From: Tubulanus polymorphus
Taxonomy: Eukaryota > Animalia > Nemertea
Assembly: GCF_964204645.1 (NCBI RefSeq)
Contig: NC_134026.1
Coordinates: forward strand, 27,500,150-27,564,149
DNA: 64,000 nucleotides
Direction of reading: 5' to 3'
Shown here: positions 1-18,136 of the stretch, in pieces
How the letters are laid out: each line of letters opens with the position of its first letter
How positions within the stretch are numbered: position 1 is the stretch's first letter
Made by a program: the position numbers and the translations under genes
Notes under the pieces: generated by a model
Told to the model about the DNA's origin: nothing
Databases searched by the model: none
The model's input: the letters and a program-made list of their open reading frames with translations, nothing else

Positions 1-994
1 ATGTAGGAAGCGAAGTAAATGCTATCTTGTCATGTTCTACAAATACGGCTTTGATTTTTCACGCAATCCAAACTACACCGCTAAATAATCTAGCAACTTA
101 AAATACATTATTGATATGAATAAGGCACCGGGTAATTAACACATTCTAGTAGTGATTGAGCGCGATTAGGTCCTTTCCTAATAAGTAACTGCTATCGAGT
201 TTGCTCAAAATCCTGAGATCACTTGTTAAAAGTTATCTATATCATTAATACTGCAACATCAATCCTACTCGCGAATTATATATATATCATTATGCGGGGT
301 AATATACAGACTCCAGCGGCGAACATCAGAAGTCACGCTCAGGACCCTCCTCTGACTAAACAGAGAGAGGCTTTAGTTCTGTCACATCATCAAATCCAAT
401 GAGCACTTCACTGTCGCATGTCTACCATTTATACTATCAGCACTGTTACGAATTCACAAGACGGTGTACAACAGAGAAGATTGATATTCATATGAATTCT
501 TGAATAACTCAAGAACACAGTTGTCTGTCGAGGCGCCTAACAATGAAGATGCGAGCACCACCAATGCGTTACAATTAGTTGCGTAATTGTCACACTAAAT
601 AATGAAATATTCCAGTCCTCTCTCCTTTCCACGGCAGATTAATCCCAATATTTTGTTTCAACTGTTCATGTCAACAACCAGAGCACATATATTCACAACT
701 TTCTCTTCGTGTTGAAAAGGAGAAGCAATGCGTGGGTTCCCAATAACAACTACGAGTATGGATGATAGATAGCGAGTGCTGGCCTGCCTGCCCTGGGGAT
801 GCACGATGTTTCAGGCGATTTATCAGTCAATATTGAACGCGATCCTACGAATTTTCGTTAGAAATTCTAACCATCATTGGCTCTTAATAACTCGGAATAG
901 AATGCTCCGCTATCTAGGTGCTGTCATTCAGTGGCAAATGGGAAATTTCTTGAATTTTCTACTAAAATATCATTTTTTGCGGAAACGATGCAAG

Positions 995-2286
995 ATGGCG
1001 GCGAGGTACCCGTTTGGACTGGTTCCGTCACTTCGCGGTCTCAGCCGAATTATATCAGAAATCAATTAAATAAAAGATTTATGATTTTTATTCAATTATG
1101 TTAATCGTATTAAATCCACGTTGCTTTATCTTAATTAGTTAAATATATATTCATCCAGGTGAATCTAGTCCCATATTAAAATTACCAAACATTCTCTACT
1201 TTGTAAACGCCTCCTCCAAACCAGGAAGTGATTGATAATTATTAAAAAATAATTTTTTGGAGGTAATTGACATACTAAACTGTAAACATACATTTTTCCG
1301 ACATAACTTGCCAGATTTTCTTGTGTAGAAACTATACATCTATACGTCTGTGTATGATGAATGTCAAATCTTATCGCGTTAGTAAGTAAGATGTCGCTTG
1401 TCAACATAATTGTAGTCTGGGTATATTGTGTTAAGCTGTCTGATATTGATATGAGCAACTACTATTCTCTATTCATTGGCGTTTTCATGAATTTTGGTTT
1501 TTTTACAGATTCATCATTGGCATGATGATAGTGAGGAGGCCTGCATTACTACTGTTGCAGCATTATCCCTTTTGGGCTGCTCGGCAATTCAGCTGGTATT
1601 CAACTTCATACAACCTTACAAAGATCAATGGAAGCTATTCAAAAATCTTTAATCAAGCTGATGACAATAGAAGCAAATTTTCGGTTTACACTGGAATGAC
1701 CTCAAAGTTGATCCATACAACTCCAACTAAACAAATTGAAGAAGACCATAAAACAAAAGCTCTAACTATATTCAAGGATCTACATAAAGTGCGCCATTCA
1801 CCTCTACCAGCATTGACTCTTGGATTATCAGGATTAATCCCATTTGTAGCAGTTCCTGGATGTATGATTTTCATGCAGACGTACTGTCCTGAATTAGCAT
1901 TTGCACAGGTAGCGTACGGTGCTAGTATACTATCATTTCTAGGAGGAGTTCGATGGGGATTGACTCTTCATACAGGGGGACAAATACAACCTAATTGGCA
2001 TAACCTTGGATATAGTGTTATGCCATCATTGGTTGCTTGGACTGGACTGATGTTACCGCATACATTTTCGGCATTAACGCTGATTGGAGGACTGGGCATG
2101 GTAGCTTATTTTGATACTGTTATGCGTGGTTATCCAGACTGGTTCAAAGCTTTACGCTTCATTCTTAGTTTCTTCGCTGTTTTGTCACTATGGACAACAT
2201 TGATTTGCAAATACATACTGGGTGCCAAAAAATCTGCACAAACTGCACCACCAGGCTTGGCGAACACAGAGTTAACAGATTCTTAA
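995..2286 (+). CDS. TMEM69: Transmembrane protein 69-like (DUF3429). Two coding exons: 995-1005 and 1509-2286
   Basis: ATG GCG GCG AG|gt at 995-1007 splices in frame to ttttacag|A at 1509, giving MAARFIIGMMIV. Family motifs LGLSGLIPF, QVAYGASILSFLGGVRWG and YPDWFKALRFILS are present. AATAAA lies at ~2396. Confidence 0.9.
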
Positions 2287-3058
2287 ATGCCAGTGATAAC
2301 TGATATGGATAAGAATGAATATCATTAAACTTATGTAGCTTTTCGCTTATAATGTACAGTATTTCATGTAGTTTGTTAAACATGCTTTGAGATACAATAA
2401 ATTATTTTAGGTTGTGTTTGAATACAGTAGTTATTTAGATTGTTTTAGGTATAGTTTTGAAAGTGAGTAGTCTATTGCATGTAGGTAAACTATAAAGGTT
2501 TCTTTGGTTAGGATACGAAAGAGAAAAATTATCAAAACTGAAAGATTACATAACGTTTTTATGGCGATTTATTAGATTCTTGGATGAATTAATTGACATT
2601 TGATCACTTAAAATATTTCATTCTTTAATACGTTGATGGCATTTTAAAATCTACCTAAGTAAAAGTCTTAAAGCAGGATAATTATGCGTAGATATGGTTT
2701 ATTCTATGGATATACACAGTACATCGTATTCCTCTAATGAGTTCTAAAGCCGTAAAGGAGTCTTCATTAAAACTATTACGGTATATTCTTCATCTCTTGA
2801 ATAGCATGACTGAACACTCGCTACCAGTACAATATTTACCAGTTTCTACAGTCTTATGGGTGCTGGTATAAAAGATAACTTCATCTTTCAAAAAGATCAA
2901 ATTTTTAAGTAAATTTCTCTCCACGGCAATGCATGCTTTCCGAATCTGAACCAACAACTACACTGTGGTCATTGTACCGGTAGTTTAAAGACACATGATT
3001 ATGATGCTGTTGAATGGTGAAACATTATTTATGGCAGTGGTATTCACAATCACACAGG

Positions 3059-6000
3059 TCATAATAACAAGCACTTGTTGATAGGGTTTTTTCTGCCTTG
3101 AGTTCGTCTCTTTGAAGGTTCAAGAATAATTGTTCCGTCCGATGACTTTTTATTGTTCTTAATCCGAAAACGATTTTTCCAATGCTTATTTTTCTTGCCC
3201 AATTGTCCATGTTTTCCATCTCCATTTGAATTCATAAAATCTACAATGCAATCAGATGAATTTCCTGATACCAGAACATACGATCATCTTTTGAAATATT
3301 CATTAAACAATTACTCACCAGAGCCTCCACCAATAGTTTCTTGTTTACAATCGTCATCGTTTATACTACACGCTTGATTTAGGTAATTTTCACAAAGATA
3401 ACTAAAAACTGAAATCAAAAGAGGTGAAAAGTTTAAAAAAGTAATTGCATAGTACATGTACATCGTATGCAATAATTTATTAAACTGTAAATATTGATCA
3501 GGCAGACATTTGTTTGAAACATATTTTTTTCAGATACTCAAAATCAAATCGATATTCGTTGGGTAAAAAAATTGTGTCAATGGCTAGTAACACTGACACT
3601 CCATATGTTCATTCGATATTTCCTAAATAGTTGTCATGTATACCACATTACATATACATGTGCTACATTACATATACATATGTAGGCCTATATATAGCAG
3701 ATATAAGCATAGGGAAATAGATATGTCATCTTGATTTGAAGCATTTTGAAAATAAGACTAAAGTGGCTTGTTATTGTAAGAGAACAAATAAGCCAAGTGG
3801 CGCATTTAAACTGAACTTGCATGAATATATGAAATTGTATTGCCAGTAAATTTTTTTGCAAATTTAGCTCAAGTTTAGTATTACCCAATAAAGCATCAAA
3901 TATTCATTAACGCATACAATTCAAAAAGCTTTACAGTAGTCAATTCATAAAGCATTATTGGCATCCACTGTATACTCAAAGACATTTAAGCATTGTTCTG
4001 GTCGTATTGATGAATATATCACTCTTAATATTCATAGCGTGAAATCTGCAGTGAAATCAAGTATGAATAGATTCAGTTTGTAAATTATTAGATACCTTCT
4101 TCCACATTTCTATTATCTTTGACGGAAGTTCTGTATAATCTCAAACGTAATGACTTGGCCAGTGCTTCAGCCTCATCCCTGTAAATGACACCAGCAGAAA
4201 CACTTGTATTTCATTCATTAAATTGCATATATTATTTATTTGCATTAATGTAATCAGATGAGTTTTACCAAAAATACATAAAGAGATCCCTTTCATGTAC
4301 TTTGGCTTTACTTACAATCGCACTACCGCCCGTTCTTCAAGATCTATCTTGTTCTGAACTAGCACCATTGTAATTTCACCAACTTCATCCTCAACCTGTC
4401 AAATAGAGAACCAAATCATCTTGAATGATAATCTTGAAGGCTCGAGAAATAAATGTTCAATATAAGAATTAAGTCTAGATAGTGAAATTTCAAACTCTAG
4501 GACTCCTGAAACCCCTAGGACATTGTTTTTAGCATTTTCAGTAGCTGTATGTTTTCACATTTAACTGGACAAGCGCAATGAAATAAATCATGTGCCATTT
4601 TATACCTTTTTTTTCCAAGAATGAATTGCTTCAAAAGAATTTCTGTCAGTCGTTGAATATGCAAGAACACAAGCTTGTGCACCTGCAAATAACAGTTAAA
4701 CATAAATATTTACACAGGGAAGTGACAGGTATATGTTAAATGGGTCTATATGAATATCTATATGATTCTTATTTGATGAAAATGAATATAACACAACTTA
4801 ACATCAGGTCTGCTGAATAAATGAATATTTCCCGAAATAAGCGAAAGAACTCAAAGCCCGACTCAAAGGAATGTACCATATCACAACTCAATTAGATATT
4901 TCACATTGTGAAGTTTCAAAATTGGCCCAATAGATTTTGTTGTTAATAAAATACATGGCCCCCACTGTATTGACATACAATACAAAAAAATATTATTCAG
5001 AAGCAGTGCTCTAAATCACCATAAGAGCACTTTCGACTTCGTTGCTTAGCAAAATTGCAACCTGACAAAGCTCTACATCGATCGAATCTCCTATTAACAA
5101 CATCATTAACGCCAATGCTATGATGATGTCCGTACCATTTTCCAGATTCCTGGGGCATATTCTGCTAAAACATATTTCACAAACTATATGATATGGTTGC
5201 ATTGAATATACCTCGGTAATAAGCCTTTGTGATGGCATCAAATTCTTCTTGACCCGCTGTATCCCACAACATTAATCTGATGTCCTCTCCATCCATACTA
5301 TAAAAATAAGTGAATGCATTGATGTAATCATTAAATATTGGAAGTAAGAATCTACCATATATGGAAAACCGAGAGAATCATTCGGATATTAAAATGCATT
5401 GAAACATGTCTAAACTCTGCACTAGACTATGAGCGACAGTTAGGAATTATTATTCATTGATTAATCATTCTTCATCATTTCCTTTCTAAATTGTGCATTG
5501 CTCTATTGCTTTCATAGGTAAAAGTTAATTGGATTTCATGTAAGTCAGTAAGGCTTCTGTTGAATGTCATGGTTTTTCTATGAAAGCGCTGATTAATACA
5601 AACAAATACAAACACTGATGCTCAGTGATCTTTGAATGCCACGGGTAACGATCCAATTTAGAACTTGCATTCCATCAACGAAACAAGCCATGTAAACCAT
5701 AATTCACCAATGCATGCATATTAGAAGTGTATTTTGTACAGATAGCGCATGTGATATAAGGCATACATCACATTTATTCATTTCTTTTTTGGGAAAGTAA
5801 ACAGAGCCCTCTGAAGCAGTTTGATTCAATGTAGCAAAAATATAAGCCCTATATGTAGATTGACCACCCAACTTACAAACTTTCATTTAAGATTCATTTA
5901 AAAATTATCAATTTCAATTTTCGAATTCTAAGCAATGATGGAGGCTTTTAGTTTGAAATGAATTAGACTTACTCGATTTGTCTCTCGAGGAAATCCACAC

Positions 6001-6127
6001 CAATTGTCTTTTTGTAATCCTTCGTAAAAATGCCTTTACAGTATCTCTGAATCATGCTGGATTTTCCAACGGCTCCATTGCCAACAATTACAACTTTTAT
6101 AGCTGTTTCGACCTCTTCTTCACGCAT
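3059..6127 (-). CDS. RAB23: Rab23 small GTPase, about 7 coding exons
   Basis: Spliced translation: MREEEVETAIKVVIVGNGAVGKSSMIQRYCKGIFTKDYKKTIGVDFLERQI / DIRLMLWDTAGQEEFDAITKAYYRG / AQACVLAYSTTDR / VLVQNKIDL / YRTSVK. It ends in the CaaX box CLLL followed by TGA at 3061-3059. All introns are GT-AG. Confidence 0.95.
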
Positions 6128-7700
6128 TTTTGTTATTTAAAATAATCTCTATATCACAGCACAGTATCCATATAGCACAAGTGTTCAATCTAGAAAATCT
6201 TCACAGTCCGTCGATAACAAGTTAAAATCCAAAGCGAAGTTGTTTGTCATCGATTTAAAATTCCTTATTTGTTTTCTCCTCCTCATCACATCTTCCGGTC
6301 AAGTTGAAAAATGTTTGACTGAAAATAAATCGCAATAAAAAATGAATTCGAATTATTAGCGAAATTCTGAATAAATGTTAATAGATATAACTAACACAGA
6401 AGATACAATCTCACGGAGTAAAAATGAATGTGTGAGTATTTATTGAGCTGCCAACAACTGAATGACTCTGTCTCCATTTCAAAATCATGACAGATTTCCT
6501 TTCAACAATGGACCCTGGACCAACAAAAAAAGCTTTTGACCCACAAATTAGATATTCATTTATTCATAGGTTTCACCACACCATGAAAGGGGGTTTCTTT
6601 CACATGGCCCATGGTCAATGCAATTGTAAGGAATAACAAAATCATATGACCTCAAAGTTACAATTTGTGTCATTCTATATTTGCTTGCCATTTGCTTTAC
6701 CACAAGTTAATAATAATTCAGCTTAGTCTCAGTTAAATGCAGTTATGAAACACAAAATACCTAGGCCTACCTTCAAATAAACATTTAGTCCAATAAAGCT
6801 TTCATTCTCTTGATAAATTCTGTAATAAAATGTAAAATCAATTACTATTTATCCACTATTTTTTCTATCCATGTTCCAACAGTAGTCACATAATCCACTA
6901 AACTCTAGCCTATTCACTTTGCAGTATATTTATAACTGCACAGTACTGGGGCTTTACAGTGATTCAACCATGAAGAATGGCCGCCTACAACAAGCGCATG
7001 TCACCTGAATCAATATTGTCAACCGCTATTCAACTCTAAATAACATTTCTGTCTACCAGATTTCTACAAGCAAAAATCCAACAATTGATTGAAAGTTATG
7101 ATCATACAATTACCATAGGTCCTCCTGTAGTAAAATTCTATCACTGACTCCCCACATTACTGTGAACATAGGCCCAGGCCTATCCATCATTTATTAATTA
7201 ATGACCAACCCCTCGATTGATTCAACATCTATCCATTGTATAGTAATTAAGCCTACTAATTCTGGCTTTTCTGATATTGCCCCCTGGTTGAGTGCTTAGG
7301 GGCAGTCATTAACAGGACATCACAATGTAATTCCAACACACTTTCAATCACTAGCTTGTATAACAGTATGCAACACAATTACCGAATAAAGGGAACGACG
7401 ATAACAAAAATTGAATTGCGTCACCCGACACCCGGCCCGCCAATCAAGAATATATAGCGCATTTGAATTTGACTTAATTTATACAACATTCGCACAACTC
7501 TGGCTTTTGAACAGATCACAACATCTGAAAATGCATCTAAGTAGAATAATCATAGACGACCAGCAAATCATTTTTACCATGTATCAAGAACGTGACAATA
7601 TGATATTTGCCTAAATATTAGAAATTTCCATCGGTCAAATATTCCAGGGCTACTCTTTCGCCATCTATCGCTTAACTACCCACTGGAAGTTCCATATTAC

Positions 7701-7738
7701 ACTTCCGGGTTTCGAAAATCTTGTGTCGTGAGTCTGCA
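7701..7738 (+). promoter_or_regulatory. ETS-like ACTTCCGG and ARE-like GTGAGTCTGCA immediately 5' of the USP14 ATG
   Basis: Both motifs are seen directly (7701-7708 and 7728-7738). Function is inferred from the ETS and CNC-bZIP/ARE consensus sequences only. Confidence 0.4.
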
Positions 7739-7750
7739 AAAGCCGGTAAA

Positions 7751-11999
<4,249 letters not shown>

Positions 12000-14900
12000 A
12001 AATGTTTGCGTGAATCTATCAAATACTTTAAACATGTGGCATAAAGATAGAATCAACTCTCATTTGATATAGCCAGGATTATGTGAAATTAGTGCCAAAT
12101 CACATAAATTTGAATTAATTTCGACATGTGATTTGATAGTCTGTGGTCAAACCAGTTCTAATATAATTGAAAGATTATTCTGATCTAATTTACCGGTATT
12201 GACCATCAAGTTAGGAATGATTTGAGTGAGTGAAAATCAGATTGCTACGAAGTAGAATGCATGTGATTACAGCTAATGCGTAAATAAAATGGTTTTAAGT
12301 ACATTCACAGTTCTTAAAAGTTGATTTAAGGGAGCAAGATCTTAGTTCTAACATTGCTTTACTGTAGATTTAAATCAATGTTTCCACATCTAGACTTGGT
12401 GCCATCTATCTGTATTTGATGTTGTTCACTTATCTACTGGTTGTATGCCTACGTAGTTTGGTGGATTGTATAAACGTACATACAAACTTGTATATTTTGT
12501 AAATGTTTGATATTTCATGTTCGGCATTTTCAAGTAAAAACCTCACTTGGTTTATTCATGGCAATGTGTATTCAGTGCTAAGTATATACTGCGTATTATA
12601 AACCTAAAATGATGCAAGTAAAATAAATGATTATATTATGATATTTTTTGTTATATTTCTGGTTTAAACATCAATCTACTTCTGTAAGAAACGACTTGTC
12701 CCGACTATTTAGACTACACCTTATTCTGTAGAAAGACGGACAATTTCACTGGCTTAAGGCGACTACCATTACTCTACTTCATAAAAGACACTGTGACAAG
12801 CCGAGTTGACAATACTGTATCCGAGCACAGCCATTACATCCATGATTTTTATTACGGACAGTATCTCTAGTTGATTATCAGTTCTTTGTTGACTTCAGGT
12901 ATTTAGAATAGAGTAGAATACTGCACTAGTAAAACTGACGAAGTATCATATGCAACATAGTACGTCAAATTAAAGCACGTCAAGGGACCAGATTAATTAC
13001 ATATGCTGTCCATAAATCACCGGTATAGAGGTCTTGCAGTCATTTGTTTTTGCCATATTAGTGGGCAAACAAGTGATTTACATCACATATCCTCAAAGAT
13101 TGTAAATCCCATGTATTTTCATTTAAGTTATTCATCAAAAAGGGCTTAGTCTCGCCCAGTCATAAATGTGTAACTGGGTCGTAGGTGCCAGTGATATGAG
13201 GTAAGCAGCATTACAATCCTGAATCTTAGAAACAAAAACACATTAGTTTAGTTAAAAGAATTACATTTTTATTCATCATTATTAAGTAAACTTAGGTCAT
13301 CATATGACTTCTATAATCAAAACCATTCAGCACAAGTTTTGGAACAAAAGTTGCTCTTAGTTATTAGCTAATTATATACGACTAGACGAGCAAATTCAGC
13401 GATTTGAATTCTTGTTTTTATCTGTTTTTTCAACATAAACATGTTATCAGTATTAACAATAATTATAGCAATTTGACGATTGATCATAAATACCAAGTAA
13501 AAATACTATGTCAAAGATTACATATCTCATACACTTCTCCAGTATACAAAACCAATAATAGTAAAAAGAAACGTGTATAACTTATCAATAGATTATATCG
13601 ATTAAGACATGCATATCTCATGAAAAAGAGAATAATGATGTCTTAAGAGTAATATTAAGGCATTATAATGTATAAAATAAAAAGTTGAAATTACTAAAAT
13701 CATTTTTCAATTCACAAATTTATATGAGTACTATATTCGCAAATTTCAATATTTCGTAGAGTACCATTGACAAATTTGATTACATACAAAAAATACAGGG
13801 TAAACATAAATGAAAGAAATGTACAATATTTTAATACATGTATTGCAAACTCAATATTGTTTACACACTTAAGAATGAGAATTAATACAACCAGATATTC
13901 GATACATCATAGAGGATGTAATTCTCCTTGAAAAATGATTTACACATCCTAACAAAGTTTTTATGTACCAGTTATTTGAATATCATACATATAGACAACA
14001 TGGATTCTACCCTCATCAGGAGAAAATGATGTTTCTATCAGGAAGTCTTGCCAAAACCGCTGCATAGTTTTCACCTGAACATCCATGTTAACAAGCTGAA
14101 ACATAAAAATAAAAATCAACGGTTAGATAGAAAACAATTTTGAATTTCAATCATGATAAATGGATGTTTAGATGGTTGCAGTAAACCTCGCCTTACTCGG
14201 ACAAAAATGGAATCATTTTTCTAACTTCCCAACATAATTCCCCATCCTTAACTCTTGACTTCGCTGGTCCCAGGTTATCCGACCTTATATAAGTTTTCGT
14301 ACCCAAGTTTTCGTACGGCAAACCTGCGCACGCACCCAGTCTAGTCTAGTGTGGCAGGGGTTCGTGCCATCAGGTCTGAATCCCTGCCAAGGGAGGACGT
14401 GAAACTCGCTGTCCCAGACTTTCTAATGACATCAAATTTCTTCAAGCCACATTAGCAATTCACCATTAGCTCTTACAGCATACGTTTGCGTGATCCTCCA
14501 CTTAACAGTTAATCACCCATGAGAATTGGCATTTCATAAAAGGTAAACTCAGACTCCATTAGGAAATGCTTTACATAAACCCTTAATTATTAGCTTGAGG
14601 ATCTATCTGAGGTCAATTCTATTCATGCTTACAGTAATCAGGTAACAACCGTTACAGTCATTTATGGTCATAATGAGGATATGCGGGAATGGCGTGCATC
14701 CATCTTAGAGACAAACACTACTACTGGTGCAATCCGAATCCAGATTCGTAAAAAATTTATGATAGTCACTGTAGCGTTAATTAACAGTTGCAAAGGAGCC
14801 AGCAACTTGATCTAGTGAAGGCTAATAATGAAAATTCCTCACAGGTTACAGTAAGAACAGGTGTAGTTCTGTTTGATGTACTTGTAGGTGGTAATTTATG

Positions 14901-15458
14901 ATTTAAATTGGCTGTACTGATCCAGAGAAGTATCAGCAATCAATCAACCTCCAATATCAAACATACCAGCAGCTATATACCGAACAAAAAGCTATCTATA
15001 ATCTCATCAGAGATAGAATATATTCAACTTGACATGATCTAATAGCATCAATATCAAATACTTATCAAATCCATACCAACGGGATATTTGATCCTTCTAT
15101 TACCGCCGTATGGTTACATTAGATAAGCCCCCATACTCATGCTAGACAGCAAGATTTTCATTCAACCTCAACCTAATATATTAAACATGAAAGAGAATAT
15201 TTTTGTATGTTCAGTATATTCTTTCATGTGTTTTTATTCTAATACATAAAACAGTATATGATCAGTCTCAATCTATTAACCATGTGATGTGTGCAGTGTA
15301 TATATTTAGTTTTCATGTTCAAAGCATCCAATAACGTATCAGTTGTCAGAGAAGACATCAGTATCATATCTACCACAGGAAATTAATCTATACCATTATG
15401 CCCACTAATTAGAAATTCTGGTGCTAAATCTGTTCATAAATTTTTCAATCTACTATCA

Positions 15459-15702
15459 GGCCATCCCAAAATAATGGTCTGTTTGCCGTAACCCGACCGA
15501 CCCGACTTCAAAGGTACCGAGTGAAAACTATTTTTTGGGATTCATTGAAAGAAATTTTATTTCTAATATTGTTTCCATATAAAAAAGGTGATAAAATTTT
15601 TTGCCCTAAAATTTTGCAAAAAAATATTTTTACCTACCTACCGACTCATCCTGAAAACTTGAGTTGGTTTTACGGCGAACAGACAATTATTTTGGGGTGG
15701 CC
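15459..15702. mobile_element. 244-bp MITE, PIF/Harbinger (Tourist)-like
   Basis: The left end is GGCCATCCCAAAATAATGGTCTGTTTGCCGTAA. The reverse complement of the right end is GGCCACCCCAAAATAATTGTCTGTTCGCCGTAA. A TCA 3-bp target-site duplication flanks both sides. Confidence 0.85.
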
Positions 15703-16592
15703 TCAGTATTGCTCAAATAGCAGCAAGACATTTTGGAAATCATTTGGCTGAATACGAAAAACTAATGCATCCAATGCATTGCTCAACAGGAGATGTAATC
15801 AAACTAAAAGCATCACATCAATGACTCTCATTTTCACCAAACATGAAATTGGTGGTAAAATTCATAAAAGAATCATCGTAGTGTCTGGCTATTCAATACA
15901 CAAACGATGTACATTCACATGCAAAACTGGGGTTAATACATCGCTAGTCAATGCTGTCTCATCTAATGTGACATACGTGTTCTCTGAAAAAATCTCATCA
16001 ATAGCGACCCAGTCTCAACCATTAGTCATTGAATCATTCACTATTCAGTTCGCCAATACATAATCAATCATATGAACAACACACATTCCATCTTATAGAA
16101 TGTCCTAACAAAATGGCTGCATTCTGCAATTTCTCAAGTTAGTCTCCTAATCGTTGGTGGTAAGCATAATCGGATGGGCTTATATGTGGTTCGTGAAAAT
16201 AAACGACAGACAGGTTACTGACTACATGGCATTCTACTCCCAGTAATAAATGGCAACTGAATTTATGACTTAAGACTGAATTTACACTTAATAAACTCAG
16301 TAACTAGTATCATTCTTACCATTACATGTCTAATCACAATAGAATACCTTAGAAATCAATTGTAATTTACGCGGAATGATGGCTTATTAAAGCATCGTTG
16401 ATTCAATAAAAAGCAGTATTGATTTAATTTCAGCGAAGATAATCGGAGATTCTTTCGTATAGAGAGACAGACAGAAAATCAAAATCAACATTCTCTGCAT
16501 GACACATTTAGCCGGGTGATTCTGGTCATCGACACAGATAAATACCTGGAACATGCAGGTCACCATAGCAACAGACTCACCTCATATCTCTT

Positions 16593-18136
16593 TCAGTTAG
16601 CCGTGCTTTTTGATCGTGCTTTTTTCACATTACATAACCATTTAATAATTCGAGCATCTCGTTCTATAATATTCATCGGACCGATCGGCTTCTCAGTCGC
16701 TGATTTGCCTTCTTGTAAACTCTTACGACTAGCCACACTTCGTGCGTCAGGCGAGGCCACCGAGCTTACGCTGTCGTAACACTTTAAATGCGAGTCTTTC
16801 TTCGTTGCTTTGAGCATTGGTTCCAGAACTGATTTCTCCAGTCCCATTTCGTTGAAGAATTTCTCCAGGTCGGTGCTGTTACGTGACCGTTTTGAGCCAA
16901 TGTCCGAGAGATCAGAACCGGTATGTGAATACCGGTGCGTGAGATCTGACTTTGACCGCTGAACCGGTTTCGGTAAATATTGTTTTATTTGAACGCAATC
17001 GCTTATGTCTTCACGAATATCCGATTCATCATCGCGGTAACTATCGACATCAGAGAATGAACACAGGGGGCGCTCCCGCCAATCTAGCGGTTTCACTTCC
17101 ACATCAACTTCCATGTCCTCACTTGCCACATTTGAATCTGCCATACATTCCAGTGACTGATAACAGTTACAAGCGTCGCAATCTTCACTTTCCATGAATA
17201 TTTCATTACCGCAGTTTCTTTCGGTATGTAAGCGAGATTGTACAAGTGGAGATGCCGCCCCTTCTGGCAAATGAGGGGTACTACCACGAAATACAGACCT
17301 CTGCGTATTGGCTGCTGGTAAACGTAAATTAGGCAACGACATTTTCCTCGGCGTTACTGGGTCTGTTGCAACATCGGATACTTTATTATGGCTAGAAAAC
17401 AATACAAAACATTCATTCAATGTTCATGAATAATAATACAACCTCAACTTAATCAACTAAACAACGAGCAATTTCATAAATCTGATGTAGACTGATGTAG
17501 TAAAGCTGACTATGTTGTTTAATATATCAGCCATACAGCTGAAAGGATCAGTCTTTCACTTGTCCGACGTGACAAGAATTTTCTGTATTCATGCGAGCAT
17601 ACACAATTCCCCCATTTTCTGTGATTATCAGTAACCTGCTGGTGCTCAGCGATATTCATTTTTCCTTGATACACAGTTATTCTTAGTAGAGAAATTAGTC
17701 TTGCGACTAAGGAACTGGAAGATATCGCGAGATACCAAAGCTATAAAACTGAGATTGCATGCAATAGCGCATGGTTACATTCTAGATACAAAAATCCATC
17801 CTGTGGGAGTGATAGTGCGTTTTAATGAATAATGGCCACGATATTTCCCAACAAATTGTTTTTTTTTCAACATTTTTGTACGAACATCTCAAAATTCTCT
17901 AATACAAACCTTATGCATAATGAAGTCCTCATAAATAAGATGATATCTTACCTGTCGAAAATATGTAGACTTTGCCAGTTTTTTAGGAGCTGATTGTTAT
18001 TGAGAACACTATCGGTTTTGACGTATTGAGATTTAGACTCTGCAAGCAATTCAACAGCACTCTTTCTTCTCGTTTGAAATTCATAATTACAAACATTACC
18101 TATAATTAGAAAGAACGGTCTTCGTAGAATCATCAT
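16593..18136 (-). CDS. FAM110: FAM110-family protein. Coding exons ~17952-18136 and 16593-17391; true start uncertain
   Basis: The FAM110 N-terminal motif RRKSAVELLAESKSQYVK and the C-terminal motifs RSKSD, DLEKFFNEMGLE and IIERDARIIKWL are present. A phase-2 intron at 17392-17951 joins them in frame. Confidence 0.85.

Noticed and set aside
14340-14420. HDV/CPEB3-like ribozyme on the minus strand (contains UUCACGU and a P4-like hairpin)
   Set aside because: No convincing P1 or P3 pairing could be built in the required nested double-pseudoknot order.
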